Below, piece after piece: positions 47,463-55,972 of a stretch of DNA of 64,000 nucleotides (within the stretch, counting starts at the first letter, position 1; each line of letters starts with the position of its first letter). Source of the stretch: Polyangiales bacterium (GTDB lineage Bacteria > Myxococcota_A > Polyangia > Polyangiales > Polyangiaceae); NCBI GenBank assembly GCA_038231275.1, contig JBBRLQ010000001.1:256001-320000 (forward strand), in the 5' to 3' direction. The position numbers were made by a program, and so were the translations under genes. The notes under the pieces are model-generated. The model was not told the origin of the DNA. It did not search any database and worked only from the letters and a program-made list of their open reading frames with translations.

Positions 47463-48860
47463 ATGATCGGCACCGACGGTCCCAGAGCCCTTTCTACGCG
47501 CGAAAAGCTCGAGTCACGCGACGACGATCCGGCCGCGGTTCGCAGGCCCCCCGCGCGCTGCGCCGCGCCGGAGCCCGATTGGTCGTCGGTGCCCACGGAC
47601 TGGCACGCGCCCATGCCGCTCCCGAGCCCGACGCCGCCTCCGCCCGCGCAGCCCGCCGCGGCGCCCCCGCGTGATGGCACGTCGGGCCTGCCGTCGCTCC
47701 CGGCGTCGCCCGACGCCGTTCGCCGCACGCAGCTCGCGTGGCTCGCCAAGGATCTCCCCCACGTCGATCGCTCCGATCCGGCGCACGTCGTCGCCGCAGG
47801 TGACTACCGACTCCACGCGCAGCTCCAGAAGCAAGCGGGCGGCGGCGATGCGGTGGCGTATTGGACCGCGCACAACGTCCTCACGAAACGGACCGAGTTC
47901 GTGGTGGCGCCGGCGGCGCTGGAGGACTTCACGAAGAACGCGCATGTGTACGTCGATGCCGCGGCGCGCAGCGCGAGCAACGGTGTCCCCACGCATGGCT
48001 ACGAGATCGAGAGCCAACGCGTCGTCGAGGCGCTCATGAACGAAGGCGTCGGCGCGGCGCTCGGTCACCTCGGGCAGGCGTGGGGCGCGGCCGTCCGCGA
48101 TCCGCAGTGGTGGGGAAAGACGGCGCTCGACGTCGTCGCGGGAGCGGGCCCCGCGGTGTCGGCGCGCGGTGCCGGCGCAGCGGCGCTCGCCACGGAGGCG
48201 ACACCGCTGATCGACGAGGCGACCCAGCTCGCCGCTGCGCGCGCCGCGAAAGGAGTCCTGTCGACGGCGCGCGCCGCCGAGCCAGAGATCACCGCCACTG
48301 TGCGCGCCGCGGCCGAGGCGAAGGGCGGCACGATGGTCGGCCTCGAGGCTCGCCTCAAAACGGAGGGCTCGCTGACGCGCAAGATCGCGACGGACGCCCG
48401 AGAGGCCACGAAGGTCGATGCGGCAGCAGAGGGCGTGAAAGACGCCGTTCGCTACACGGCGAGCTACGACAGCGCCCGCTACGGCCAGGGCTTTCGCTCC
48501 GTCGTGAAGGAGCTCGAGGCCCAAGGTTACGAGGTCAAGATGCTGAAGAACACGTGGGCCACCGACGGGTACCGCGGCGTCAACACGAGCTTGCGCTCCC
48601 CGTCCGGCCAGGTCTTCGAGCTCCAGTTCCACACTCCCGAGAGCTTCGCCGCCAAGACGGAGGGACACCTCCTCTACGAAGAGTGGCGCGCGCCCGGGAC
48701 GTCGCTCGAGCGCCGCACCGCGCTCGAGGCGGAGATGAGCGAGCGCTTCCGGATGGTGCCCATCCCTCCCGGCGCCATCGACGTCGGTCTCCTCGAGACG
48801 CTCGCCCGTAAGGGCATCGGCATCATCGTTCCCGCCACCCACCGAGAGGCCACGCCATGA
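47463..48860 (+). CDS. polymorphic-toxin-like protein with C-terminal RelA/SpoT-type small alarmone synthetase (Apk/Tas1-like)
   Basis: RLK..SL.RK (R297), KDAVRY (D327, R330), KNTW, GYRGVN, FELQFHTPES (E386), HLLYEEWR; GAGGAG RBS. Confidence 0.85.
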   Translation: MIGTDGPRALSTREKLESRDDDPAAVRRPPARCAAPEPDWSSVPTDWHAPMPLPSPTPPPPAQPAAAPPRDGTSGLPSLPASPDAVRRTQLAWLAKDLPHVDRSDPAHVVAAGDYRLHAQLQKQAGGGDAVAYWTAHNVLTKRTEFVVAPAALEDFTKNAHVYVDAAARSASNGVPTHGYEIESQRVVEALMNEGVGAALGHLGQAWGAAVRDPQWWGKTALDVVAGAGPAVSARGAGAAALATEATPLIDEATQLAAARAAKGVLSTARAAEPEITATVRAAAEAKGGTMVGLEARLKTEGSLTRKIATDAREATKVDAAAEGVKDAVRYTASYDSARYGQGFRSVVKELEAQGYEVKMLKNTWATDGYRGVNTSLRSPSGQVFELQFHTPESFAAKTEGHLLYEEWRAPGTSLERRTALEAEMSERFRMVPIPPGAIDVGLLETLARKGIGIIVPATHREATP

Positions 48861-49090
48861 GCCAGATGAGATTTTTCGTGCGCAGCGACGACGGCAAGCC
48901 CTTCGCCGTCATACGGTTTCGCGAGCGGGACGACGGTCTCCGGACTTCGGACATCTGGCGCGAAGATCATTGGGAGGAAAATACGTAATACATTGGCAAG
49001 TACCACTTCGTCGGGTTCGATTCGGACACGGACGAAGTGAGCGAACGGCAGGCCAAGCGGGCCATCCTTGCCATGGGGGAATCGCGATGA
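48857..49090 (+). pseudogene. small immunity-like protein (77 codons) interrupted by an in-frame TAA at 48986-48988
   Basis: MSQMRFFVRSDDGKPFAVIRFRERDDGLRTSDIWREDHWEENT*YIGKYHFVGFDSDTDEVSERQAKRAILAMGESR*; ATGA overlaps with both neighbouring genes. Confidence 0.75.
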
Positions 49091-49608
49091 CCGAAGAGTT
49101 TTCACCGAAGGACACCCCGGAAACCGAGGCCCGCCGCTTCGCCGTCGAGGCGCACGCCGATCAGCGCTACGGCGACGCTCCGTACGTGACGCACCTCGGC
49201 GCGGTGCGCAGCGTCCTCGCCGACTTCGGGCACGGCGGCCCGCTCGCGATCGCGGCGTGGCTGCACGACACCGTCGAGGACACCAAGGTGACGCGCGAGG
49301 ACGTCGAGTCGCGCTTCGGCGCCGAAGTGGCGGCGCTCGTCTGGGCGGTGACGGGCACCGGCGCGACGCGCGAGGAGCGGAACCACAGCGCGTACGCGAA
49401 GATTCAGGCGCACCCCGCGGCGGCGACCCTGAAGCTCGCGGATCGCGTCGCCAACGTCGAAGCGTCGCGCACAGTGCCGGCGAAGCTCGCGAAGTACCGC
49501 GCCGAGTGGGAGTCGTTCCACGGCCACCTCAAGGGCCTCGGCGACGCGCGCATGTGGGCACGCCTCGCGCGCGGGCTCGGCGTGGAGGGCGACGTTCAGG
49601 GAGCGTGA
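49087..49608 (+). CDS. HD-domain small alarmone hydrolase (Mesh1/Aph1-like)
   Basis: AHADQRY...PYVTHL, AAWLHDTVEDT, FGAEVAALVWAVT, LKLADRVAN; 173 aa. Confidence 0.9.
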   Translation: MTEEFSPKDTPETEARRFAVEAHADQRYGDAPYVTHLGAVRSVLADFGHGGPLAIAAWLHDTVEDTKVTREDVESRFGAEVAALVWAVTGTGATREERNHSAYAKIQAHPAAATLKLADRVANVEASRTVPAKLAKYRAEWESFHGHLKGLGDARMWARLARGLGVEGDVQGA

Positions 49609-51608
49609 ACCGCCGGCGCGCCCGCGCCATACCCGCGGGCGAAGTCGATCGCCATCGCGTGAACCTTCTCGATCGGCTCGTCGAACCGCACCGGCACGTC
49701 GAGCCTCTGCGCCGGCGGGAAGCCTTGCGCGTACGCCGCGTCGCCTTCGAACGTCGTGAACATCGTGTGGGTCGCGCGTTCGATTTGCACGACGGCGCGG
49801 ACCGGCGCGCCGGGGAGCGGCGTGAACGGCGCGCCGGCGGCCGGCAGCGACGCGAAGCGCAGCGGCCGCGTGAAGCCAGAGATGGTCACCTCCGTGGCGC
49901 CCGCGATCGCCGCGAGGAGCTCGCCTCCCTGATTCGGGATCAGCTCATCGGAGTACGCCTGCAAAAAGAGGACGGACTTCGCATTGCCGCTCGACGTCTG
50001 CGCGAGGTGCGGCGCAAACGCTGCCGGCTCGCCCGGCTCGAGGATCGCTTGCATCAGCGACACCGATCGCTGCGCCTCCGCGGGCAACGCCGTCGGATTC
50101 GAGAAATCGAGCGCCGCGTCGAACGTCGGGCGTACGAAGAGACCGGCCACCGGCTGGAAGAACGGCGAGTCCGAGAAGATCGGCAAGAAAACTCCCGCGC
50201 CGCCGACGCTGAGCACCGCCGCGCCGAGATCCGGCGAAACCGCGAGCGTCGATGCGCCGAGGACGGATCCGAACGACTCGCTCGTGTACACGAGACGTGA
50301 CGCGTCGAGGGACGGGTACGCCGCCGTGGTGTCGCCGCGCACGAGCAGTCGCACGAGCTCCGTCAGCTCGAAGACGGCTTGGCGCAGGCTGTCGCGGACG
50401 TAGCGACCGTCGAGCGGGCCGATGCCGTGCGCCGCGTCGCCGGCGAAGTTGAAGAAGAGGAAGGAGGCGCCGAGCTCGTCGAGATCGGCGAGCCCGTCCG
50501 GCGTGGGAGCGCCAGAAAAGTTGTGGACGCGATCTTTTGCGCTCGGGTTCCGGTTGCCGTGCCAGAGCGCGTCGATCCCGATCGTCGCGTAGCCCGCGCG
50601 CGCGTAGTCGTTCGCTACCGCCGCCACTTGCCCGCGACCGGCGTTGAGCCCGTGTTGGTAGATGAGCACGGGGACCTTCCCGGTCGCGCCGCGCGGCAGG
50701 GTGAGGAGAAACGGGATCGTCGTCGTCCCCTGCGCGATGGGCGCACCGGCGTCGTCGAGCCGAACGCGGCCGAGGACGTCGTGCGGCGCGTCGAGAAAGT
50801 AGGGCGCGTCGAAGGTGCCGAGGACGACCGAGGCGATGGCATCGTGCACGATCCCCTTGGGATCGCCCAGCCCTGGACGCGTCGTCCTTGGCTGGCCGAG
50901 GAGATCGTCCAGCTCCGCTTGCGTCGTCAGGCTCTTCGTCACCGCGGCGCGCGGCGGGGGAAGGCGGTCGGCCGCGGCGCGCATCGCGAAGAGGACGCGC
51001 GACGGCTGGCCGACGGTGAAGACGCTCGCGGCGCCGACCGCCATCGGATGCGCACGCAGGTAGTCGGCGAGTGGAGCGTATGCGGATGCGTACGGCCCGG
51101 CGCCATGGAGCGCGTCCGCCATCGCGCGGTCGGGCCGGACGGCTCGGTCGCCGACGATGCATGCGTACGTGTGTTGCTCGCGAAACACGGACGCGGGCGG
51201 CGCCAGGGCTACGAGCTCCTGCGTGGCGCCGCGGTAGAAGAGCCCCGTCGTCGCCGGGGTCGACACGGGATCGCTCAGGTCCACCAGCGTCGCCCGCTCC
51301 GCGAGAAGTCCCTCGGGCAACGAAGCCCCCTCGAGTGGGAAGAAGATCGACGTCCGCACCGGCGCGCCGTCGAGCTCGCTGAGGGACGCCGCCATCGTCG
51401 CGAGCGCGTCCTCCTTGCCGTCGAGCGGCACGCGATCGACGCGAAGGTGCCCTCCTTCGCGCAGGGCGTCGCTCGGCCACGGCGAGTCCGCGAACGAGCC
51501 TCCCAGGCGCGCGACGGGCCGGGCGTCGGCGGGCGCGTGGGTCGCGCACGCGGCGAGGAGCGCGAAGACGGGAAAGACGAGGACGGGGAAGGCGGCGCGG
51601 GCGGTCAT
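49596..51608 (-). CDS. alpha/beta-hydrolase (lipase-like) lipoprotein
   Basis: Lipobox LLAAC; PWPSD N-domain; PVLIYQHGL, GYATIGID..WHG.R, RDSLRQ, YTSESFG elbow, DELIPN, TH. Confidence 0.8.
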   Translation of the reverse strand: MTARAAFPVLVFPVFALLAACATHAPADARPVARLGGSFADSPWPSDALREGGHLRVDRVPLDGKEDALATMAASLSELDGAPVRTSIFFPLEGASLPEGLLAERATLVDLSDPVSTPATTGLFYRGATQELVALAPPASVFREQHTYACIVGDRAVRPDRAMADALHGAGPYASAYAPLADYLRAHPMAVGAASVFTVGQPSRVLFAMRAAADRLPPPRAAVTKSLTTQAELDDLLGQPRTTRPGLGDPKGIVHDAIASVVLGTFDAPYFLDAPHDVLGRVRLDDAGAPIAQGTTTIPFLLTLPRGATGKVPVLIYQHGLNAGRGQVAAVANDYARAGYATIGIDALWHGNRNPSAKDRVHNFSGAPTPDGLADLDELGASFLFFNFAGDAAHGIGPLDGRYVRDSLRQAVFELTELVRLLVRGDTTAAYPSLDASRLVYTSESFGSVLGASTLAVSPDLGAAVLSVGGAGVFLPIFSDSPFFQPVAGLFVRPTFDAALDFSNPTALPAEAQRSVSLMQAILEPGEPAAFAPHLAQTSSGNAKSVLFLQAYSDELIPNQGGELLAAIAGATEVTISGFTRPLRFASLPAAGAPFTPLPGAPVRAVVQIERATHTMFTTFEGDAAYAQGFPPAQRLDVPVRFDEPIEKVHAMAIDFARGYGAGAPAVHAP

Positions 51609-51643
51609 GGCGTTTCTCCAGCCGACAGCGCGGCTTCGTGGTA

Positions 51644-51667
51644 CATCAAAACATAACCGTTTTGATG
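51644..51667. promoter_or_regulatory. TetR-type operator overlapping the tetR start codon
   Basis: Perfect inverted repeat CATCAAAAC-ataacc-GTTTTGATG in the 56-bp divergent gap. Confidence 0.75.
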
Positions 51668-52306
51668 AAGCGCGCAAGCCGACCGCGGACGACGCCGGGT
51701 CCGGGCACCTACGATCGCGGGCTTACGCCGCGGGCGAGGCGCGCCGAGCAACACGCACGCCTCCTGCGCGCCGCGATCGAAGTCTTCGCGGAGCGCGGCT
51801 TCGCGGGGGCGTCCGTCGAAGCGATCGTGGACCACACCGGGATGAGCCGGCGCACCTTCTACGAACACTTCGACGGGCTCGAGGGCATCCTCCGCGAAGT
51901 CCACGCGCGCTCGGCCGCCTTCGCGCTGCGCATGGTGGAGGGCGCGATGGGCGCGGCGCGGGGACCGCTCGCAGCGATCGAGGCGGGGATCGACGCGTTC
52001 CTGACGCTCGCCGGGACGAACGGAGGCCTCGCGCGTGTGCTCTTCCGCGAGGTCCGCGCCGCGGGGCCCCACTACGAGCGAAGGCGCACCGAGCTGCTCG
52101 AGCGCTTCGGCGCGATGCTTGCGCGGGCGGTCGAGCGCGCGCACGAAGACGGCGATCTCGCGCGCGGACCCGACGAGGTGACGATCTATGCGCTCACGGC
52201 CGCGATCGAGGAGGTCGCGCTTCGCTACGTCGAGCGGCGCCAGGAAGCGCGGCTCGACGAGGCGCGGCCGGCCCTTACGCGTCTCGTCGTGAGCGCCTTC
52301 CGGTGA
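51665..52306 (+). CDS. TetR/AcrR family transcriptional regulator
   Basis: LLRAAIEVFAERGFAGASVEAIVDHTGMSRRTFYEHF helix-turn-helix. Confidence 0.93.
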   Translation: MKRASRPRTTPGPGTYDRGLTPRARRAEQHARLLRAAIEVFAERGFAGASVEAIVDHTGMSRRTFYEHFDGLEGILREVHARSAAFALRMVEGAMGAARGPLAAIEAGIDAFLTLAGTNGGLARVLFREVRAAGPHYERRRTELLERFGAMLARAVERAHEDGDLARGPDEVTIYALTAAIEEVALRYVERRQEARLDEARPALTRLVVSAFR

Positions 52307-52367
52307 CGTGGGGCTTCGGGCTCGCCGACGCCGCGCGTTTGTGTCCGGAAGCCGAGTGCGCGCCTGG

Positions 52368-52817
52368 TCAGCCCTGGAGCTTGCGCAGATCGACGAAGTC
52401 CACGGGAGTGGCGGGCTCCCCGTGCCCCTGGGCGAGCGCACGGACGATATCCATCGGCACGACGATACCGGCGAGCGCGGCTTTCTCGTCGACGACGATG
52501 ACGCGGTGGATGCCTTCCTTCTGCATCAGCAGGATCGCCACGAGGATGGGGTCTTCGGCCCGCACCGCATACACCACGCGCGTCATCGCGTCGCCCACGG
52601 TGTTGCCTGGCATGCGCTGGCGCGGATCGGCCAAGTCCGAGAGCGACAGGACGCCGACCATGCGGCCGTGCTCGTCGAGGACCGGCGCGCCGCTTATCCC
52701 CCCCTCGTGAAACGCGTCCCATGCTTCGCCCAGGGTGTGCGTCGTCTTGAGGAGCACGACGGCTTCGGTCATCACGTCTCGAACGCGGAGCGTGCTCAAC
52801 ATCGCGATTTTCACCAT
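52368..52817 (-). CDS. CBS-domain pair protein
   Basis: VRDVMT...ISGAPVLDEHGRMVGVLSLSDL; VGDAMT...IHRVIVVD...LAGIVVPMDI. Start 52817 or 52802. Confidence 0.88.
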   Translation of the reverse strand: MVKIAMLSTLRVRDVMTEAVVLLKTTHTLGEAWDAFHEGGISGAPVLDEHGRMVGVLSLSDLADPRQRMPGNTVGDAMTRVVYAVRAEDPILVAILLMQKEGIHRVIVVDEKAALAGIVVPMDIVRALAQGHGEPATPVDFVDLRKLQG

Positions 52818-52912
52818 GCGCTCATAGCACGCGTAGGTCACGCTGCGCGAACGCCAAGCTCTGACGAGCGCGCGGACCTGGCGCGGAGGCGCCGCGCGCC
52901 GACTTACGCGTT

Positions 52913-52955
52913 GCGGCCGGCGCTCACGCGGGTCGTCGTGAGCGCCTTCGCCTGA
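52913..52955 (+). repeat. degenerate direct-repeat copy of the tetR 3' end
   Basis: 52913-52949 matches 52264-52300 at 33 of 37 nt (RPALTRVVVSAFA* versus RPALTRLVVSAFR*). Confidence 0.8.
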
Positions 52956-52961
52956 GCGTCC

Positions 52962-53279
52962 CTAGATGCAGGTCCAGCCGCTGTCGGTGCACGTTCGGCC
53001 GCCGCAGCGCGACTTGCAGCTGCTTTGCGCTTGCAGGTGAGTGAGCGAGCCGCAGTTCGGCGGCGCGTACTCGACCTCGATCAACGCGTTCGTCGGGCAT
53101 GTGAGGACGCCCGAGCAGTTGCAGTTCACTCCGCCGAACTTCGGCGTGACCGTCCCCTCGGCCTCGCTCGGCGTCACCACCTTGTCGGGCTCTGGTTGCG
53201 GCGCCTCCGAAGAGCACGCCGTCATCGCCGGCACCGCGAACGCAAACGCCACCATCGTGTTCTTGAAACCGATCTTCAT
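52962..53279 (-). CDS. small Cys-rich lipoprotein (105 aa)
   Basis: Lipobox AMTAC; 8 further Cys in the C-terminal half; GGAGG RBS. Confidence 0.75.
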   Translation of the reverse strand: MKIGFKNTMVAFAFAVPAMTACSSEAPQPEPDKVVTPSEAEGTVTPKFGGVNCNCSGVLTCPTNALIEVEYAPPNCGSLTHLQAQSSCKSRCGGRTCTDSGWTCI

Positions 53280-53307
53280 GAGTGACCTCCTCGGTCGACG
53301 GCCGGAT

Positions 53308-53323
53308 TGCAACCGAGGTGCCA
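53308..53323 (-). promoter_or_regulatory. sigma54 (-24/-12) promoter
   Basis: Minus strand TGGCAC-CTCGG-TTGCA, exact consensus, about 30 bp upstream of ATG 53279. Confidence 0.75.
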
Positions 53324-53479
53324 CGCGAGAACCGCGAGAAATGCGCGCGGGTGCGCAGGCGGTGCCTCGCATCGCGAGCAGCGCCTGCGCCGGAAGGTCA
53401 GACCTTGCCCGATGCCTTGCTTCAGGGTCCCCGGGCATGCAGAGACCGTCGCACCGGCTCCGACTCAGCAGGGTGAAGG

Positions 53480-54901
53480 TCAGAACCCATTGAGCCGGCA
53501 GGTGCACGTCTGCATCAAGCAGTGCGTGCCGTCACAGCCGCTGACCTGACCGTGCCAGTTCGCGGCGGCGCCATTCGGTCCGTCGTAGAGACACGTTCCG
53601 TGGCCACCTGTGTTGGTGACCTGGCAGCTCGTGACGTGGTAGCCGCCCGGGCAGACGTTGGTCGTCCACGGGCACGTGGTGCCGTTGAAGCAGGCGGGCC
53701 CACAAGGCTCGTCGTTGTTCACGTTGACGGTGAAGTCGTTGCAGGACGTCGTGGCGCACGACCCGTACGAGCCGGGCCACGCGCGGCCGTCGCAGGTCTG
53801 CTGCGCCGAGCAGCCGGTTGGCGCGCTGCACCCTCGTTGGCCGCCGTTGATGCACAAGCAGCCTTCGTTCGCCGAGCCGTTGCAAGAGTCGTCGTTCCCC
53901 GCGATGCACGTGTCATGTACGGCGGGGCCAATCGAGCAGGCGCCCCAGTTGCCGCCTGCGCATGTCGCGGTGCCGTTCGCACAGTTCCCACGCGCCCCGA
54001 TGGGAGGAGCTCCGCACGACGTGGACCTGCCGTTGATGCATGTGCACGGGTAATTCGCGCGACCGTCGCACGAGTTGTCGTTCCCGAGGTCGCAGGTATC
54101 GGGCGAGGGCAGCACCTGACCGACGCAGGGACCCCAAGCCGTGCTCGTGCCGCTCGCATCGACGCTGCACGTCTGCGTGCCTGCGCGGCAAGCCCCGACT
54201 CCCTGTGTCCCCGCCGGGCCGGTGTAACAAGCCTGCTTGCTGTTGACGACGCAGCTGCACTCGGTGTTGTCGACCTTGCCGTCGCAGTCGTTGTCGGACG
54301 CGCTCGTGCAGTTCACCTTGCCGGGCGGCTTCACGCCCGCGCAGCTTCCAAACTTGCCATCGGTACCGCACAGCTTCGCGCCGTACGCGCACTGCCCGAC
54401 GGGCTTTCCGCCCGGAAAGGCGACGACGCCGCCGTCGGGCAGGTCTGCGCACGCGGCGCTCTGGCCAGGGTAGACGTTCTTGTCGGTATCGTCGCAGTCG
54501 TCGCCCTTCGAGATCACGAGGCCCGGCGCGGCGCACGCGGCACCGCGGTGCCCGTCGCCGTCGAAGTCGACCGCGCGGAACGCGCACGCGCCGGTCTTTG
54601 GGTCGCAGTACGCCTCGCCGCACTTCGCGGGCGTCACCGCCGCGGCCGTGAGCTGCGCCTGGCACTGCGTGGGGTCGCACGCTTGTGCCGCGTCGCCGGT
54701 CGGAGCGACTCCGCCATCGGGGTCGTTCGCGGGTCCGCTGTCCGAGGTGCCTTGCAAGGCATCCGTAGCGCCGTCGTCGGCGCCCGCTTCGGTGAGCGAG
54801 GTGTCGGGGTCCGGCAGGTCGCCGATGCCAAGGACGGCGCTGCACCCGCCGACGGCGAGCGCCGAGGCGCTCAGGATTCCGATCATGATTGCGCGCTTCA
54901 T
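53480..54901 (-). CDS. Cys-rich repeat lipoprotein (myxobacterial DxDGDG / DNDCDG repeats)
   Basis: Lipobox VGGC; DFDGDGH, DCDDTD..VYPG, DNDCDGKVD, CYTGPAGT.GVGACRAG; TGATG overlap with the upstream fragment. Confidence 0.85.
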   Translation of the reverse strand: MKRAIMIGILSASALAVGGCSAVLGIGDLPDPDTSLTEAGADDGATDALQGTSDSGPANDPDGGVAPTGDAAQACDPTQCQAQLTAAAVTPAKCGEAYCDPKTGACAFRAVDFDGDGHRGAACAAPGLVISKGDDCDDTDKNVYPGQSAACADLPDGGVVAFPGGKPVGQCAYGAKLCGTDGKFGSCAGVKPPGKVNCTSASDNDCDGKVDNTECSCVVNSKQACYTGPAGTQGVGACRAGTQTCSVDASGTSTAWGPCVGQVLPSPDTCDLGNDNSCDGRANYPCTCINGRSTSCGAPPIGARGNCANGTATCAGGNWGACSIGPAVHDTCIAGNDDSCNGSANEGCLCINGGQRGCSAPTGCSAQQTCDGRAWPGSYGSCATTSCNDFTVNVNNDEPCGPACFNGTTCPWTTNVCPGGYHVTSCQVTNTGGHGTCLYDGPNGAAANWHGQVSGCDGTHCLMQTCTCRLNGF

Positions 54902-55480
54902 CACAGCACCCCTTGGATCGAGAGCCCGCCGCCCGACGGCATGCCGAACGGTGTGACGCCGAGGCCCGTTCGTTTTGGTCCCTTCGGCGCGGTCAGGTAG
55001 AGCACCGCGCCGGCAGCCATCGCCGCGCCGCCTGCGATGAATGCGATCGTCGACAGCGTCGCGGCGGTCTTTGCGCCATCGCGGTCGCGGACGGAGGCGT
55101 CGTGGTCGGGGCACGCCGACGCGCTGCTGCAGCCATCTTGCGCCGATGACCACTTCGCGCTGGCGCTCAGGCCGAACGCGGTTCCCATTCCGATCGCCGC
55201 GACGCCGCCGAGGCCGAGGCCGAGCGCGACCAGTCGCTGGCTCGCGCCGCGATCGGCGGCCGCGATCGCCGGTGCGCCGGGCCCAGTCGCCAGCGCCGTT
55301 TCGGGCGGCGGCGCGCCGATCACGACGCGCTCCCGACGCGCGCGATCGCCTTCGCGAAGGACGACCTTGAGCTTCACCGGGGCTTCTCCCGGAGCCGTGA
55401 GGGTGAACTCGTGCTCGCCGGGGTCGACTTCGATGGGCGTGCCGTCGACCTTCTCGGCGATCGGTTTGCCGTCGAGCTCG
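54901..55480 (-). pseudogene. 5'-truncated PEGA-domain membrane protein
   Basis: LDGKPI...IEVDPGEH (PEGA-like), TM hairpin, C-terminal GGGLSIQGVL; no signal peptide, TPR region or credible start upstream. Confidence 0.6.
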
Positions 55481-55681
55481 GAGGCTGCGCGTCGCCGAAG
55501 CCGGAGCCGCTGACGGCGGCGCACCCCATTGTCGACTTCGTCGTGCGCGAGTCGCCGCGCGGCGAGCTGGCAAGGCGCGACCTTCCCGAGCGCATCGTGC
55601 GCGCGGACGCCCCCGCCAACATCAGCACGCGCAGGCACTGACGTGACGACCGGCCGCGCCGCCACGAAAGAGGACACCACG

Positions 55682-55924
55682 ATGACGCCGCTCATTGCGT
55701 ACTGCGAGTCGAACCCGGTCGACACGCCGAACGACTCGTTCATCCGCGAGCTCGCTCCCGCACCCCTGGTGGCGCCGCAGGAGCAACCTGCGGTCCAAGC
55801 CGCGGAGCCGCCGAGTGACTGGAAGCGTCTTTGCGATACCTGGGACGAACTCGGTTACGACTGCGAGCCGCCGAAGTGCATGGGCCACTACGTAGACGCA
55901 CTCATCGAGGCGATGCGGCGGTAG
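55682..55924 (+). CDS. small hypothetical protein (80 aa) or gene remnant
   Basis: AAAGAGG upstream of ATG 55682; coding-like codon pattern; no recognised motif. Confidence 0.35.
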   Translation: MTPLIAYCESNPVDTPNDSFIRELAPAPLVAPQEQPAVQAAEPPSDWKRLCDTWDELGYDCEPPKCMGHYVDALIEAMRR

Positions 55925-55972
55925 TTGCCCGCGCCCTACGTCGCTCCGTCTCTCAAGTGATGCAATGGGGAT

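Noticed and set aside
48986-48988. Genome-wide TAA reassignment explaining the internal stop
   Set aside because: TAA is used as a normal stop elsewhere in the window, for example at 14161-14163, 47366-47368 and 34730-34732 (minus strand).
45815-49608. Prophage or T6SS locus around the alarmone toxin
   Set aside because: No portal, terminase, MuF, integrase, VgrG, PAAR or Hcp genes, and no att-like repeats seen in the flanks.
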